DNA of 64,000 nt from Bacteroidia bacterium (lineage in GTDB: Bacteria > Bacteroidota > Bacteroidia > J057 > JADKCL01): the NCBI GenBank assembly GCA_020635905.1, contig JACJYV010000005.1, positions 1,133-65,132 on the forward strand. Direction: 5' to 3'. A program made the translations under genes and the position numbers. Positions within the stretch are counted from its first letter, which is position 1; each line of letters begins with the position of its first letter. The notes beneath the pieces were generated by a model. The model worked only from the letters and a program-made list of their open reading frames with translations. It searched no databases and was not told the origin of the DNA. This document shows positions 19,514-28,928 of the stretch, piece after piece.

Positions 19514-19855
19514 GGATACCTGTTTGGGTAATGGTGGCACAAAGATAGGGGTTTTTGGATTGCAGAGGGGTGGCCTTTTCGAGTAATCTGGCCGCAGGCC
19601 TGCTCTTTGCGGGGTGCGGGGCCTCGGCTGGGTGGGGCCCGGGCGGGCAGCCTTGCTGGTGGCTGCCTGGCCGGGGAAGGGTGGCCCTGCCCACCCGCCG
19701 ACAGGCGAAGAAGGTGGGCAGGGTGCAGAGCCAGCCCAGACCCACACCCCGCCTGGCTTGATTGAAGGGCCGCAGGCCCTGAATGCATTCATTAATGGTT
19801 TTTCTTCAGATATTTTCTTACTTTCCCTTTACATTCACCCTTAATTATCCACTCT

Positions 19856-20410
19856 ATGAAACCTGACTTTCTCAACCGTTCCAGCTTTTTGGCTTTGCTG
19901 ATGCTGGTTTTGCTGGCTTTTTCGGGCTGCGATCCCGACGCTACCTATACTTCTGTTTACATCGTGCGCCATGCCGAAGTGGTTTACACTCCTGGAAATG
20001 ACAATCCCTCACTTACGCCTCAGGGGGCCATTCGGGCGCAGGATCTGAAGGACAAAATGAACGGGATTAACCTCTCGGCCATCTATGTGACAGAAAAAAT
20101 CCGCACCCAGGAAACGGCGGCGCCTACTTCAACAGCTTCGGGCGTGGCTGTCACCCAGATCAATGACGGTGATAACCAGGCCCTGGTGGACGATGTGCTG
20201 AATAACCACGCCGGCACCACGGTGCTGATCGTGAATCACAGCCATAATATCAAAGATATTATCGACAGATTTCATTGTGCCGAGCCCTTTGCAGGTCCGT
20301 ATCCAGGAGATGATTTTGATAAATTGTTTTTGCTGATCCATACCCGCAAGGAAGGCGCGGAGGACAAATGCGGCAATCTGGAAACGACTTATGGGGCGGT
20401 AAGTCCTTAA
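19856..20410 (+). CDS. histidine phosphatase family (phosphoglycerate-mutase-like) lipoprotein
   Basis: Signal/lipobox ...LLAFSGC. RHG-type catalytic motif VYIVRHAE. C-terminal H-containing motif NHSHN. Confidence 0.55.
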   Translation: MKPDFLNRSSFLALLMLVLLAFSGCDPDATYTSVYIVRHAEVVYTPGNDNPSLTPQGAIRAQDLKDKMNGINLSAIYVTEKIRTQETAAPTSTASGVAVTQINDGDNQALVDDVLNNHAGTTVLIVNHSHNIKDIIDRFHCAEPFAGPYPGDDFDKLFLLIHTRKEGAEDKCGNLETTYGAVSP

Positions 20411-20585
20411 CAGCTGTAAGCTGCGAGCTGCAAGAAAACTGACCGCTGATAGCTACCCGCTTTCAGCGAAAAAAAATCTCCCGATCCAGACGAGCCGGAC
20501 CGGGAGAATGGCCTAAAATAGTTAAACAAGGCGATTACCAGATTTATCCTGACCTCTGCATCCGGGTGCTGGAGGGCGGGAAGAC

Positions 20586-22274
20586 TTAGCTTCCCAGGTT
20601 AATTTTGATCATGCGCTCCACCAGCGGGATGGGCTCTTCCACTTCCTCGTTCTGGAAATTGACGCGGAAAACTTTGTCGATCTCGATGTAAACGCGGTCG
20701 CCGGGCGAAGACTGACGGATATCTCCTTCGTAGAGATTGACCTCGATCCCGTTCATGATATTCATGTTGGTGGTGTTGATGACAGTAATGGTTTTTGGTG
20801 GCAGCATTCCAGACTGGTACAAAAGCTTGACCGATTTGACCCGGTAGCGGGCGTCTTTGGGCAGGAAAGCCTTGAAGTCTTCGTCGGGGCGCACCCTGAT
20901 TTTGACTTTTCCGCGTTTACTGATGGCCGAAATGCCGTTATAAGCCTGTCCGTTGGTGCCCAGAATTTCGATGGAAGGTTTGGGCGGCTTGATCACATTA
21001 TACTTAATGTTGTCGATCTTGATACGTTGTCCGTTCGTGTTGGAAGCCACGGCAAGGTCGAAATGGCGGGCAGATGGCACAATGGTAATGTCCTTTTTGG
21101 AGCCAGCCACAGGGATAATCCGTCCGCCCGCAGAGCCGCCGAAATCGGGGTTGTAGTTTTCCTGCAGGGCGGGCACATCCACGGAAATCTCGTTACCGCA
21201 GTCTTTGTAAAGCACCTGCACTGCACGGGAACGGATCACAACTTCGGGCTTGCGCACGGTGAATTTGCCCTCGATAGGGAGATCTTCGAATTTGCCGTTG
21301 CGCAGAGGCACCTTGATCATGGCTCTCCAGGTCTGGATTCCGTCAGATTTTCCCTCGGCGATAGAGGAGGCAGACGCAGGAATTTTGATGGTGGCCATGC
21401 TGGCATTTTCCTTGTCCACCGTGATGCCATTGCCGATGAATTCGGGAGTCAGGTTGGCTGATGCCAGAGTGGGGAAGATTTTGGCCTCAAAATAGGTTCC
21501 TGCGGGCACAATTTCAGAAACGGGTGCAGCAAAGCCAATCAGTCTGTTGATGTTGATGGGTGGCTGGAGTTCCTGTACCATTTGGTCGAGCAGGCGGGAT
21601 TCGGTCTGGCGAATGTCCATTTTGAATTTTTCGAGCATGGCCAGATCGGCAATGATGGGTTTGTCGTGGAAGGTGCGGTATTCCCAGGATTTTCCGGCGG
21701 ATTCGGCTTCTGAAGGGCCATTTCCGTTGAGTTCGGTGATGTTGGGAAAATGCGGCGCATTTTCTGAGGAGTCGTACTGGGCGACAAATTCATTGGCCCA
21801 GCGGACGTAATTTTCAAGTTTGGTGCGAAGATTCTGTGCTTCTCCATTGCCTTTTCCGTCGTTGGCAAGGTCGTCCACGCCCATCCAGAAGCGATAATTT
21901 TTATCGCGTTCATCCTTCTGGACGAGTTCTTTTTTTTCCTCGTCCCATTTGCCGAGTTCCTTCAACTGGCCGGTCAGTTCTTCGATGTAGGTAACCATCT
22001 CGTTGGCGGAGGAGGTGATTTCGTTGGTGCGGGCGAGCATGGGTTCGTGGCTGTGGTCGTCGCCTTCAATTTCTTTTTGAATGTGATCGCGGATACGTTG
22101 GGCTGCATCTGCATTGGCAGTGGAGAAGTTTCCTGCGGAAACTTCGAGGGAACTGCGGAGGCTTTCAAAAGCCTCGAGGATCTCTGCGCTCACATTGAGC
22201 GCGAGCAGGGCGGTCAACACGAGGTACATCATGTTGATCATTTTTTGACGTGGAGAAAGGTTACCGGAAGCCAT
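20586..22274 (-). CDS. gldM: gliding motility / T9SS protein GldM (PorM) homologue
   Basis: N-terminus MASGNLSPRQKMINMMYLVLTALLALNVSAEILEAF is near-identical in pattern to Flavobacterium GldM (…KLTPRQKMINLMYLVF.AMLALN.SKEVL.AF). Confidence 0.75.
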   Translation of the reverse strand: MASGNLSPRQKMINMMYLVLTALLALNVSAEILEAFESLRSSLEVSAGNFSTANADAAQRIRDHIQKEIEGDDHSHEPMLARTNEITSSANEMVTYIEELTGQLKELGKWDEEKKELVQKDERDKNYRFWMGVDDLANDGKGNGEAQNLRTKLENYVRWANEFVAQYDSSENAPHFPNITELNGNGPSEAESAGKSWEYRTFHDKPIIADLAMLEKFKMDIRQTESRLLDQMVQELQPPININRLIGFAAPVSEIVPAGTYFEAKIFPTLASANLTPEFIGNGITVDKENASMATIKIPASASSIAEGKSDGIQTWRAMIKVPLRNGKFEDLPIEGKFTVRKPEVVIRSRAVQVLYKDCGNEISVDVPALQENYNPDFGGSAGGRIIPVAGSKKDITIVPSARHFDLAVASNTNGQRIKIDNIKYNVIKPPKPSIEILGTNGQAYNGISAISKRGKVKIRVRPDEDFKAFLPKDARYRVKSVKLLYQSGMLPPKTITVINTTNMNIMNGIEVNLYEGDIRQSSPGDRVYIEIDKVFRVNFQNEEVEEPIPLVERMIKINLGS

Positions 22275-22806
22275 AATGTTCTTTTTTAAGGTGGATATTC
22301 GAAAAAAACAGGCATGCAGATCCTCAGTCCGGAAATCTGAAAGAAACCGGTTACTGAATGGCCAACATGTAATCTGGTAAAAAGACTGCGCGCTGATCAG
22401 GCGTTCATGTCCTCATAACGAAGGGGAAGGAAAGGGTTACAGGGAAAAATAAAAAAAATATCCGGGGAGTCATTTTCAGATAAATTGAAATAAAACCTTA
22501 CCCTTTTTTTAAAAAAATATCAACTAATTTATCTGGATAACTATTACTTATATACCAAACCCTTCCTTCAGTTCGCAAGTTGCTGAAAAACAGCTGATTA
22601 TCTTTAAAATTTCATCCGTGCAAATATTTACTCAGTGTTATTTCTTTCACTTAAGGATATTCAGGAGTGATGTTTTTAGATTTTTTTTGCATATTTGGAG
22701 TAGTTATTATTTCGAAATCAGACACTTTCAACAGCCATATTTAATTCAAATTTCTATGAGAACCTTTGCTTTTGGTTATCTTTTTGTACCTACTAATAGC
22801 TAAATT

Positions 22807-25800
22807 ATGAGAAAGTTAAACTCAAATTCCGATAGATGTCGGCCTGAGGCAAACCCCGGGACATCGCGATCGACAGCTTCCACACCCGGCTTTTTCAAAA
22901 AGCTGGGCTTACTTGCGTTGCTTATCCTTATGGGAAGCAGCAATCTGTTCGCCAGCCACTTTGCAGGCGGCGAATTATCCTACCAGCATCAGACCGGGAA
23001 TACCTGGCAAGTCACCCTGAAGTATTACCGGGATTGTGCGGGGATCGAATTTAGTCAGACTGAGTTCATCAGCATCCTCCCCTCTGTTGGTTCAGTTGGG
23101 CTTCCCCTGTTCAAAAGAACGGACATCACTCCTCTTTGTCCCGGCCAAACCTCCAACTGCGCTCCTTCGTTCGCAGGATCGGGATTGGAAGAGTGGATTT
23201 TCAGGGGCAATGTGACTCTGAATCCCCTTCCAAGTGGAAATTACACCATTTCTGCTTCAAGTGGAGCCCGCAACAGTGCCCTGACCAACATTGTGCCCAG
23301 CAACTGGTACATTGACGCTGAGCTGAAAAGTCACCCTTCAGTTTCTCCCCCGAACAACTCACCTGTTTTCCAGAACGTACCTTTTGCCAAGGTATGCGTG
23401 GGATCTCTGGTGCAGATTTCCCCCAATGCTTCTGATCCGGACGGAGACGCCCTGAGCTATGCGCTGGTGGCCTGTTCTCTTTCCTCCGCCAGCACGGTTT
23501 CTTATAATGCCGGCTTCGGTCCTTTCAACCCGTTTACCACCTCCAGCGGGGTGAACATCAATTCCCAGACCGGGGTGGTTTCATTTACGCCCACCACAAC
23601 CCAGGTTGGGGTGGTTTGTATTGAAGTTACTGAGACCCGCAATATCGGCGGTACTCCCACCGTGGTGGGTAAAGTGGTGCGCGATATTCAGGTACAGGTG
23701 GTAGCCTGTAATAATACCCCACCGGTGGTGACCACCGGTGGAACCGTTATCGTGCCTTCCTCCACCCCCAACGGAACCCAGTTCTGCCAGCCCTTTACGG
23801 CCTTTGATGCTGACGGTGACAACATCACCCTCTCCCTCACTGGTGGTCCGGCAGGAGCCTTCCTGAGCGGTGTTTCCTGCTCTGGTGGAACCTGTACCGG
23901 CAATGTTTGCTGGACCTATAATACAGCCAATCAGGGACAGACCTTTACAGTTTCCGTAAATGCCCTGGATGATGCCTGCCCTGCTCCGGGTTCTGGCAAC
24001 GGTACCTATAACGTGGTATTTGCTCCTCCCTGTAATGCAGTGGTTACCTGCTCTGGTACCAACGAAACCGGATCCAACACCCATGACGGAACTGCTTCTG
24101 TTACCGGCAGCGGATTTGGCGCCAATGTAAGCTATGCCTGGACCGGCCCCAACGGATATTCATCCAACAACCCCAACATTTCAGGACTGGCTCCCGGCAC
24201 CTACACCGTGACCGTGACCGACATCAATTCCTGCGCGGCCACCTGTTCTTATACCGTACTGAACGGCTGCCCCAACCTGCAGCTGACCACCAGCCCGGTT
24301 AACGTAAGCTGCCATGGCCTCGGTGACGGCTCTATCGATCTGACTATCAGTCCTTCCGGAACTGGTGCAAACGTAAGCTGGACTGGTCCCAACGGATTTA
24401 CCTCCAGCTCTGAAGACATCAGCAACCTCGGCCCCGGAACTTACTCCGTAACCGTAACCGTAGCTGGCTGTCCTTCTGCCAGCGCCTCAGTAACCATCAC
24501 TGAGCCTCCTTTCGTTACTCCTACTGCGAATGACGATAACTTCACGGTCAACACCTGTGGTTCCTTTACCTTCACAGCTGCCCAACTGCTGGCCAATGAC
24601 AGCGACCCCCAGGGAGATCCCCTGAAAGTGGATGCTGTTGGTTCTGTAAGCAGCGGTACCCTGGTTGATAATAATGACGGTACCTTTACCTACACTCCTG
24701 CTCCCGGTTCCACCAACGGATCCACGGTATGTTTCACCTACCTGATCAAAAAGGACGACGGCTACACAGCCTTCCCCGGAACGGGCCACTTCTACGAATT
24801 CGTTTCCTCTCCTGCTATTACCTGGACGGCTGCGAATGCTGATGCCAACACCCGTACCTATCAGGGACTTCAGGGTTACCTGGCCACCATTACCTCTTCT
24901 CAGGAAAATGCTTTCGCAGCTGCGAAACTTCAGGGAATTGGCTGGATCGGCGCCAGCGACGCTGCCGTTGAAGGAACCTGGCAGTGGGTAACCGGTCCTG
25001 AAGCAGGCACCACCTTCTGGATTGGTGGACCTGGCGGATCTGCTGTAACTTACGCTAACTGGAACACAGGTGAGCCCAATAACTCCGGAAACGAAGATTA
25101 TGGACACATGATCCTCAATCCCCAGATCGGTATTGTTGGTAGCTGGAATGACCTTCCCAACTTTGTAGGCTCTGGAGCTTATACTCCCCAGGGTTATGTG
25201 GTTGAATACGGTGGTCTCGAAAGCTGCACTCCTGTACTGACCGCCTCTGCCAACGTTTGTATCACCCTGATCGATCAGACTCCTCCGACCGCACTTTGCC
25301 AGAACGTTACAGTTAATCTGGACGCAGCCGGAAACGGTTCAATTACCGCAAACGATGTGAACGCTGGTTCTTACGACGATTGTGGTCTTGGTGCCATTAA
25401 CGTTACCCCCAGCAGCTTCAATTGCTCCAACCTGGGCAATAACGGTGTTACCCTGACTGTAAACGACATCAATGGCAATTCTGCTCAGTGTTCAGCTACG
25501 GTTACCGTGGTTGACAACATTGGCCCGGTTGCTTCCTGTAAAGACGTTACCGTGCAGCTGAATGCTTCAGGAAACGGTTCGATTACCGCTAATGATGTAA
25601 ATAATGGTTCTTCTGACAATTGCAGCATTGCCAGCATCACTGCCTCACCTTTGGCCTTTGATTGCTCCAAACTGGGTCAGAATTCCGTTACCCTGACCGT
25701 GGTTGACGGATCTGGTGCTTCCAAATCCTGTACCGCAACTGCCACCGTGGTTGACAATCTTGCTCCCAATGCAATTTGCCAGGACGTAACTGTATCTCTG

Positions 25801-28482
25801 GATGCTTCCGGAAACGGTTCTACTTCTGCCAACGCAGTGGATGACGGATCTACTGATAATTGCAGCATTGCTTCCAAAACTCTGGATGTAACTTCCTTTA
25901 ACTGCAGCAACGTAGGCGGCAACCCGGTTGAACTTACCGTAACCGACGGAAGCGGAAATTCTTCTGTTTGCTCCGCCAATGTAACCGTGGTTGATAATGT
26001 GGCTCCTGCTGCTAACTGCCAGGACGTTACTGTTCAACTGAATTCCTCCGGCAATGCTTCCACCACCGCAGGTGCGGTTGACAATGGTTCTTCAGACGCT
26101 TGCGGTATCGCTTCCCTGACCCTGAATCCCACCAGCTTCAATTGCAGCAACGTAGGTTCAAATGGAGTTACCCTTACTGTTACCGACAATAATGGCAACA
26201 CTTCTTCCTGCTCCGCCAATGTAACGGTTGAGGACAATGTTGCTCCGGTGGCCCTTTGCCAAAATGTAACCGTTCAACTGGATGCCAGCGGAAGCGGAAG
26301 CACTTCGGCCAATGCAGTTAATAATGGTTCCAGCGACGCTTGCGGAATTGCTTCCCTGAGCCTGAGCACCACCAGCTTCAACTGTGGCAATGTGGGTGGA
26401 AATGCAGTCACCCTGACTGTTACCGACAATAATGGCAATTCCTCTTCCTGCTCTGCCAATGTTCAGGTTGAAGATAATGTAGCTCCCGTAGCTAACTGCC
26501 AGGATGTAACCGTACAACTGGATGCCAGCGGAAACGGTTCCACCACCGCAGGTGCAGTTGACAACGGATCAGGTGATGCTTGTGGAATTGCTTCCATCGG
26601 CCTGAGCCAGACCAGCTTCAATTGCAGCAATGTTGGCTCTAACGGAGTTACCCTCACGGTTACTGATGTGAACGGCAACGTTTCTACCTGTACTGCTTCA
26701 GTTACAGTTGAAGACAACGTGGCTCCTATCGCAAATTGCCAGGATGTAACGGTACAACTCGATGCCAATGGCAACGGTTCCACCAGCGCAGGTGCAGTTG
26801 ACAATGGATCTAACGATGCCTGCGGAATTGCTTCCATCGCTCTGAGCCAAACCAGCTTCAATTGCAGCAATGTTGGCTCTAACGGAGTTACCCTCACGGT
26901 AACAGACAATAACGGTAACGTATCCACCTGCTCGGCCAATGTCGCAGTGGAAGACAATATCGACCCCGTGGCCTTGTGTCAGGATGTAACCGTGCAGCTG
27001 GACGCCAGCGGAAATGGCTCGACCACCGCAGGTGCAGTTGACAATGGTTCGAACGATGCCTGTGGCATTGCTTCCCTCGCACTGAGCGCCACCAGCTTCA
27101 ACTGTGGCAACGTAGGTGCCAACCCGGTTACCCTCACCGTGACCGACAATAACGGAAACGTTTCCACCTGCTCCGCCAACGTTCAGGTAGAAGACAATGT
27201 GGCTCCTGTGGCTCTCTGCCAGAATGTTACCGTTCAACTGGACGATCAGGGTCAGGGCTCAACTACTGCTGGTGCAGTGGACAATGGCTCCAATGACGCC
27301 TGCGGCATTGCTTCCATCAGCCTGAGCACCACCTCTTTTGACTGCTCTGACCTGGGCAGCAACGGGGTGGTTCTGACCGTAACTGACGTGAATGGCAATG
27401 TTTCCACCTGCTCCGCCAACGTGGAAGTGGAAGATAACATCGCTCCCAGCATTGTCTGCCCCGCCGCAGTTAACCTCGAGTGTCTGATCGACATTCCTGC
27501 TGCCAACACCTCACTGCCAGTGACCTCTGACAACTGCTCCGTAGTAGCTGTTAATCACCTGGGTGATGTAAACAATGGTGCTTCTGGTTGCGCTGGCAAT
27601 CCTTTCGTGATCACCCGTACCTACGAAGCTGTGGATCAGAGCGGCAATGCCACCACCTGTACCCAAACCATCACGGTTGAAGCTACTCCCATTATTGTGA
27701 GCACTTCCACCAGCCCAGATCACTATGTGTTCCCCGCTTACGGCGACAGCGCATGTGCGGCTCTTTCCAGCTCTGCTTTCGGCGGATGCGGAAACTACAG
27801 CATCATGTGGAGCACGGGCGAAACCACGGCCAACATCACGGTTTGCCCCACGGTTTCCACCACCTACTACGTTACCTACACTGACGTTGAAGGTTGCTCT
27901 GGCACCGACAGCATCCGCATCTGTGTAATTGACATCACCTGCGTGGGTGGCGACAATAACGGTCAGGGTGGCAATGGCCAGGGTGGCCAGGGTCAGAACA
28001 ACAGCACCAGCGCCATGGTACACGTGGCCATGTGTCACATTCCTCCCGGAAACCCGAATAACGCCATGACCAAGTGTCTGCCCATTCCTGCCGTACAGGC
28101 ACACATGCAGCAGGTACACGGTGGTGATCACCTCGGCGCCTGTGGCTCCGTAGTTGACCGCGACTGCGACTTCAACGCCAAGCGTGTGGCCAAAGGTGCA
28201 GAGCCTGGTGCAATTGAAAGCACCCGCTTCGAAGCCTTCCCGAACCCATTCACTTCTTCCACCACCATCCGCTTCACCCTGGGCCAGAATGCCTTCGTGA
28301 ACCTGAAGGTATATGCAGTCAACGGTGCGGAAATCGCAACCCTCTGCAACGAAGAAGTTCTGGGCGGTATAGCCAAAACGGTTGAATTCGTTCCCCAGAA
28401 TGTTTCTGAAGGAGTTTACTTCGCCAAACTGGTTACCTCAACCGGTGAAGTAATCACCCACAAACTGATTCTGGTGAAATAA
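22807..28482 (+). CDS. giant T9SS-secreted adhesin: Ig/PKD-like N-region, C-type lectin domain, ~10 tandem HYR repeats, T9SS C-terminal sorting domain
   Basis: 1891 aa. CTLD with EPNN and WND motifs (…TGEPNNSGNEDYGHM…GSWNDLP). 80-aa repeats of the form ...C.(D/N)VTVQLDASGNGS....DNGS.D.CGIAS..L....F.C.N.G.N.VTLTVTD.NGN.S.C.A.V.V.DN.AP.A. have an HYR-like pattern. C-terminus ...FEAFPNPFTSSTTIRF...KLVTSTGEVITHKLILVK is a Por_Secre_tail. Confidence 0.75.
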   Translation: MRKLNSNSDRCRPEANPGTSRSTASTPGFFKKLGLLALLILMGSSNLFASHFAGGELSYQHQTGNTWQVTLKYYRDCAGIEFSQTEFISILPSVGSVGLPLFKRTDITPLCPGQTSNCAPSFAGSGLEEWIFRGNVTLNPLPSGNYTISASSGARNSALTNIVPSNWYIDAELKSHPSVSPPNNSPVFQNVPFAKVCVGSLVQISPNASDPDGDALSYALVACSLSSASTVSYNAGFGPFNPFTTSSGVNINSQTGVVSFTPTTTQVGVVCIEVTETRNIGGTPTVVGKVVRDIQVQVVACNNTPPVVTTGGTVIVPSSTPNGTQFCQPFTAFDADGDNITLSLTGGPAGAFLSGVSCSGGTCTGNVCWTYNTANQGQTFTVSVNALDDACPAPGSGNGTYNVVFAPPCNAVVTCSGTNETGSNTHDGTASVTGSGFGANVSYAWTGPNGYSSNNPNISGLAPGTYTVTVTDINSCAATCSYTVLNGCPNLQLTTSPVNVSCHGLGDGSIDLTISPSGTGANVSWTGPNGFTSSSEDISNLGPGTYSVTVTVAGCPSASASVTITEPPFVTPTANDDNFTVNTCGSFTFTAAQLLANDSDPQGDPLKVDAVGSVSSGTLVDNNDGTFTYTPAPGSTNGSTVCFTYLIKKDDGYTAFPGTGHFYEFVSSPAITWTAANADANTRTYQGLQGYLATITSSQENAFAAAKLQGIGWIGASDAAVEGTWQWVTGPEAGTTFWIGGPGGSAVTYANWNTGEPNNSGNEDYGHMILNPQIGIVGSWNDLPNFVGSGAYTPQGYVVEYGGLESCTPVLTASANVCITLIDQTPPTALCQNVTVNLDAAGNGSITANDVNAGSYDDCGLGAINVTPSSFNCSNLGNNGVTLTVNDINGNSAQCSATVTVVDNIGPVASCKDVTVQLNASGNGSITANDVNNGSSDNCSIASITASPLAFDCSKLGQNSVTLTVVDGSGASKSCTATATVVDNLAPNAICQDVTVSLDASGNGSTSANAVDDGSTDNCSIASKTLDVTSFNCSNVGGNPVELTVTDGSGNSSVCSANVTVVDNVAPAANCQDVTVQLNSSGNASTTAGAVDNGSSDACGIASLTLNPTSFNCSNVGSNGVTLTVTDNNGNTSSCSANVTVEDNVAPVALCQNVTVQLDASGSGSTSANAVNNGSSDACGIASLSLSTTSFNCGNVGGNAVTLTVTDNNGNSSSCSANVQVEDNVAPVANCQDVTVQLDASGNGSTTAGAVDNGSGDACGIASIGLSQTSFNCSNVGSNGVTLTVTDVNGNVSTCTASVTVEDNVAPIANCQDVTVQLDANGNGSTSAGAVDNGSNDACGIASIALSQTSFNCSNVGSNGVTLTVTDNNGNVSTCSANVAVEDNIDPVALCQDVTVQLDASGNGSTTAGAVDNGSNDACGIASLALSATSFNCGNVGANPVTLTVTDNNGNVSTCSANVQVEDNVAPVALCQNVTVQLDDQGQGSTTAGAVDNGSNDACGIASISLSTTSFDCSDLGSNGVVLTVTDVNGNVSTCSANVEVEDNIAPSIVCPAAVNLECLIDIPAANTSLPVTSDNCSVVAVNHLGDVNNGASGCAGNPFVITRTYEAVDQSGNATTCTQTITVEATPIIVSTSTSPDHYVFPAYGDSACAALSSSAFGGCGNYSIMWSTGETTANITVCPTVSTTYYVTYTDVEGCSGTDSIRICVIDITCVGGDNNGQGGNGQGGQGQNNSTSAMVHVAMCHIPPGNPNNAMTKCLPIPAVQAHMQQVHGGDHLGACGSVVDRDCDFNAKRVAKGAEPGAIESTRFEAFPNPFTSSTTIRFTLGQNAFVNLKVYAVNGAEIATLCNEEVLGGIAKTVEFVPQNVSEGVYFAKLVTSTGEVITHKLILVK
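25258..27430 (+). repeat. about 9 tandem, near-identical 240-bp coding repeats (HYR modules) inside the adhesin gene
   Basis: Period of 240 nt is visible as recurring ...gccagcggaaacggttccaccaccgcaggtgcagttgacaatgg... Several copies are almost identical at DNA level. Confidence 0.8.
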
Positions 28483-28501
28483 GCTGGATAAGTTAAGCTA
28501 C

Positions 28502-28540
28502 AAAAAAAGGCCCCCGAAGTTGTTCGGGGGCCTTTTTTTG
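28502..28540. terminator. bidirectional rho-independent terminator
   Basis: aaaaaaaGGCCCCCGAAgttgTTCGGGGGCCttttttt. An 11-bp GC stem is flanked by A-run and T-run, 20 nt after the adhesin stop. Confidence 0.85.
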
Positions 28541-28850
28541 TTCAATTCGCAAAGTGCAATTTTCAATGAGCAATTGGGTGGGCAGATACAACGGTTGAGT
28601 TTATTTCGCAGTAAAATCTCGATTAGCCATTCAATTCTGATCCCGATATCCAATCTGAAATCCCCCATCCTCTTTCCCGAAAACCAATTCGAAATCCCCC
28701 TAAACCCAAAAACCAAAACTTTCAGGTCACAGATTTCAGTCCGGGGTGAAAGAGGTTGCATTCAGGGCCAATAATCAAACCAAAAACCAACCACGGCCAA
28801 AGGTCCTCCTTCGGGGCAAACCACCAACAACCACCAACCAACCCACTAAA

Positions 28851-28884
28851 AAAGCGCGAAGCTTATCGCCCCGCGCTTTTTGAT
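28851..28884. terminator. putative bidirectional terminator hairpin
   Basis: aaaAAGCGCGaagcttatcgcccCGCGCTTttt. GC stem with A/T runs on both sides, downstream of the -strand lipoprotein 28929..29798. Confidence 0.45.
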
Positions 28885-28928
28885 TTCATCATCTGCTTTC
28901 AGCCTGAAGCCGAAAGCTTGCAGCTTTC

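Noticed and set aside
18713-19792. GC-rich ORFs on both strands (18713..19144 +, 19347..19745 -, 19510..19788 -, 19555..19761 +) and the 5' extension of the lipoprotein ORF
   Set aside because: Pro/Gly/Arg/Ala-rich translations typical of random high-GC sequence. The lipoprotein has a clean signal peptide starting at 19513.
23581-28376. Many - strand ORFs (e.g. 24487..25107, 25645..26037, 26463..26957, 26698..27237, 27511..28131) inside the adhesin gene
   Set aside because: Antisense or alternate-frame artefacts of the 240-bp coding repeats. Products are Ser/Thr/Val low-complexity, and the + strand frame is continuous for 1891 aa with coherent domains.
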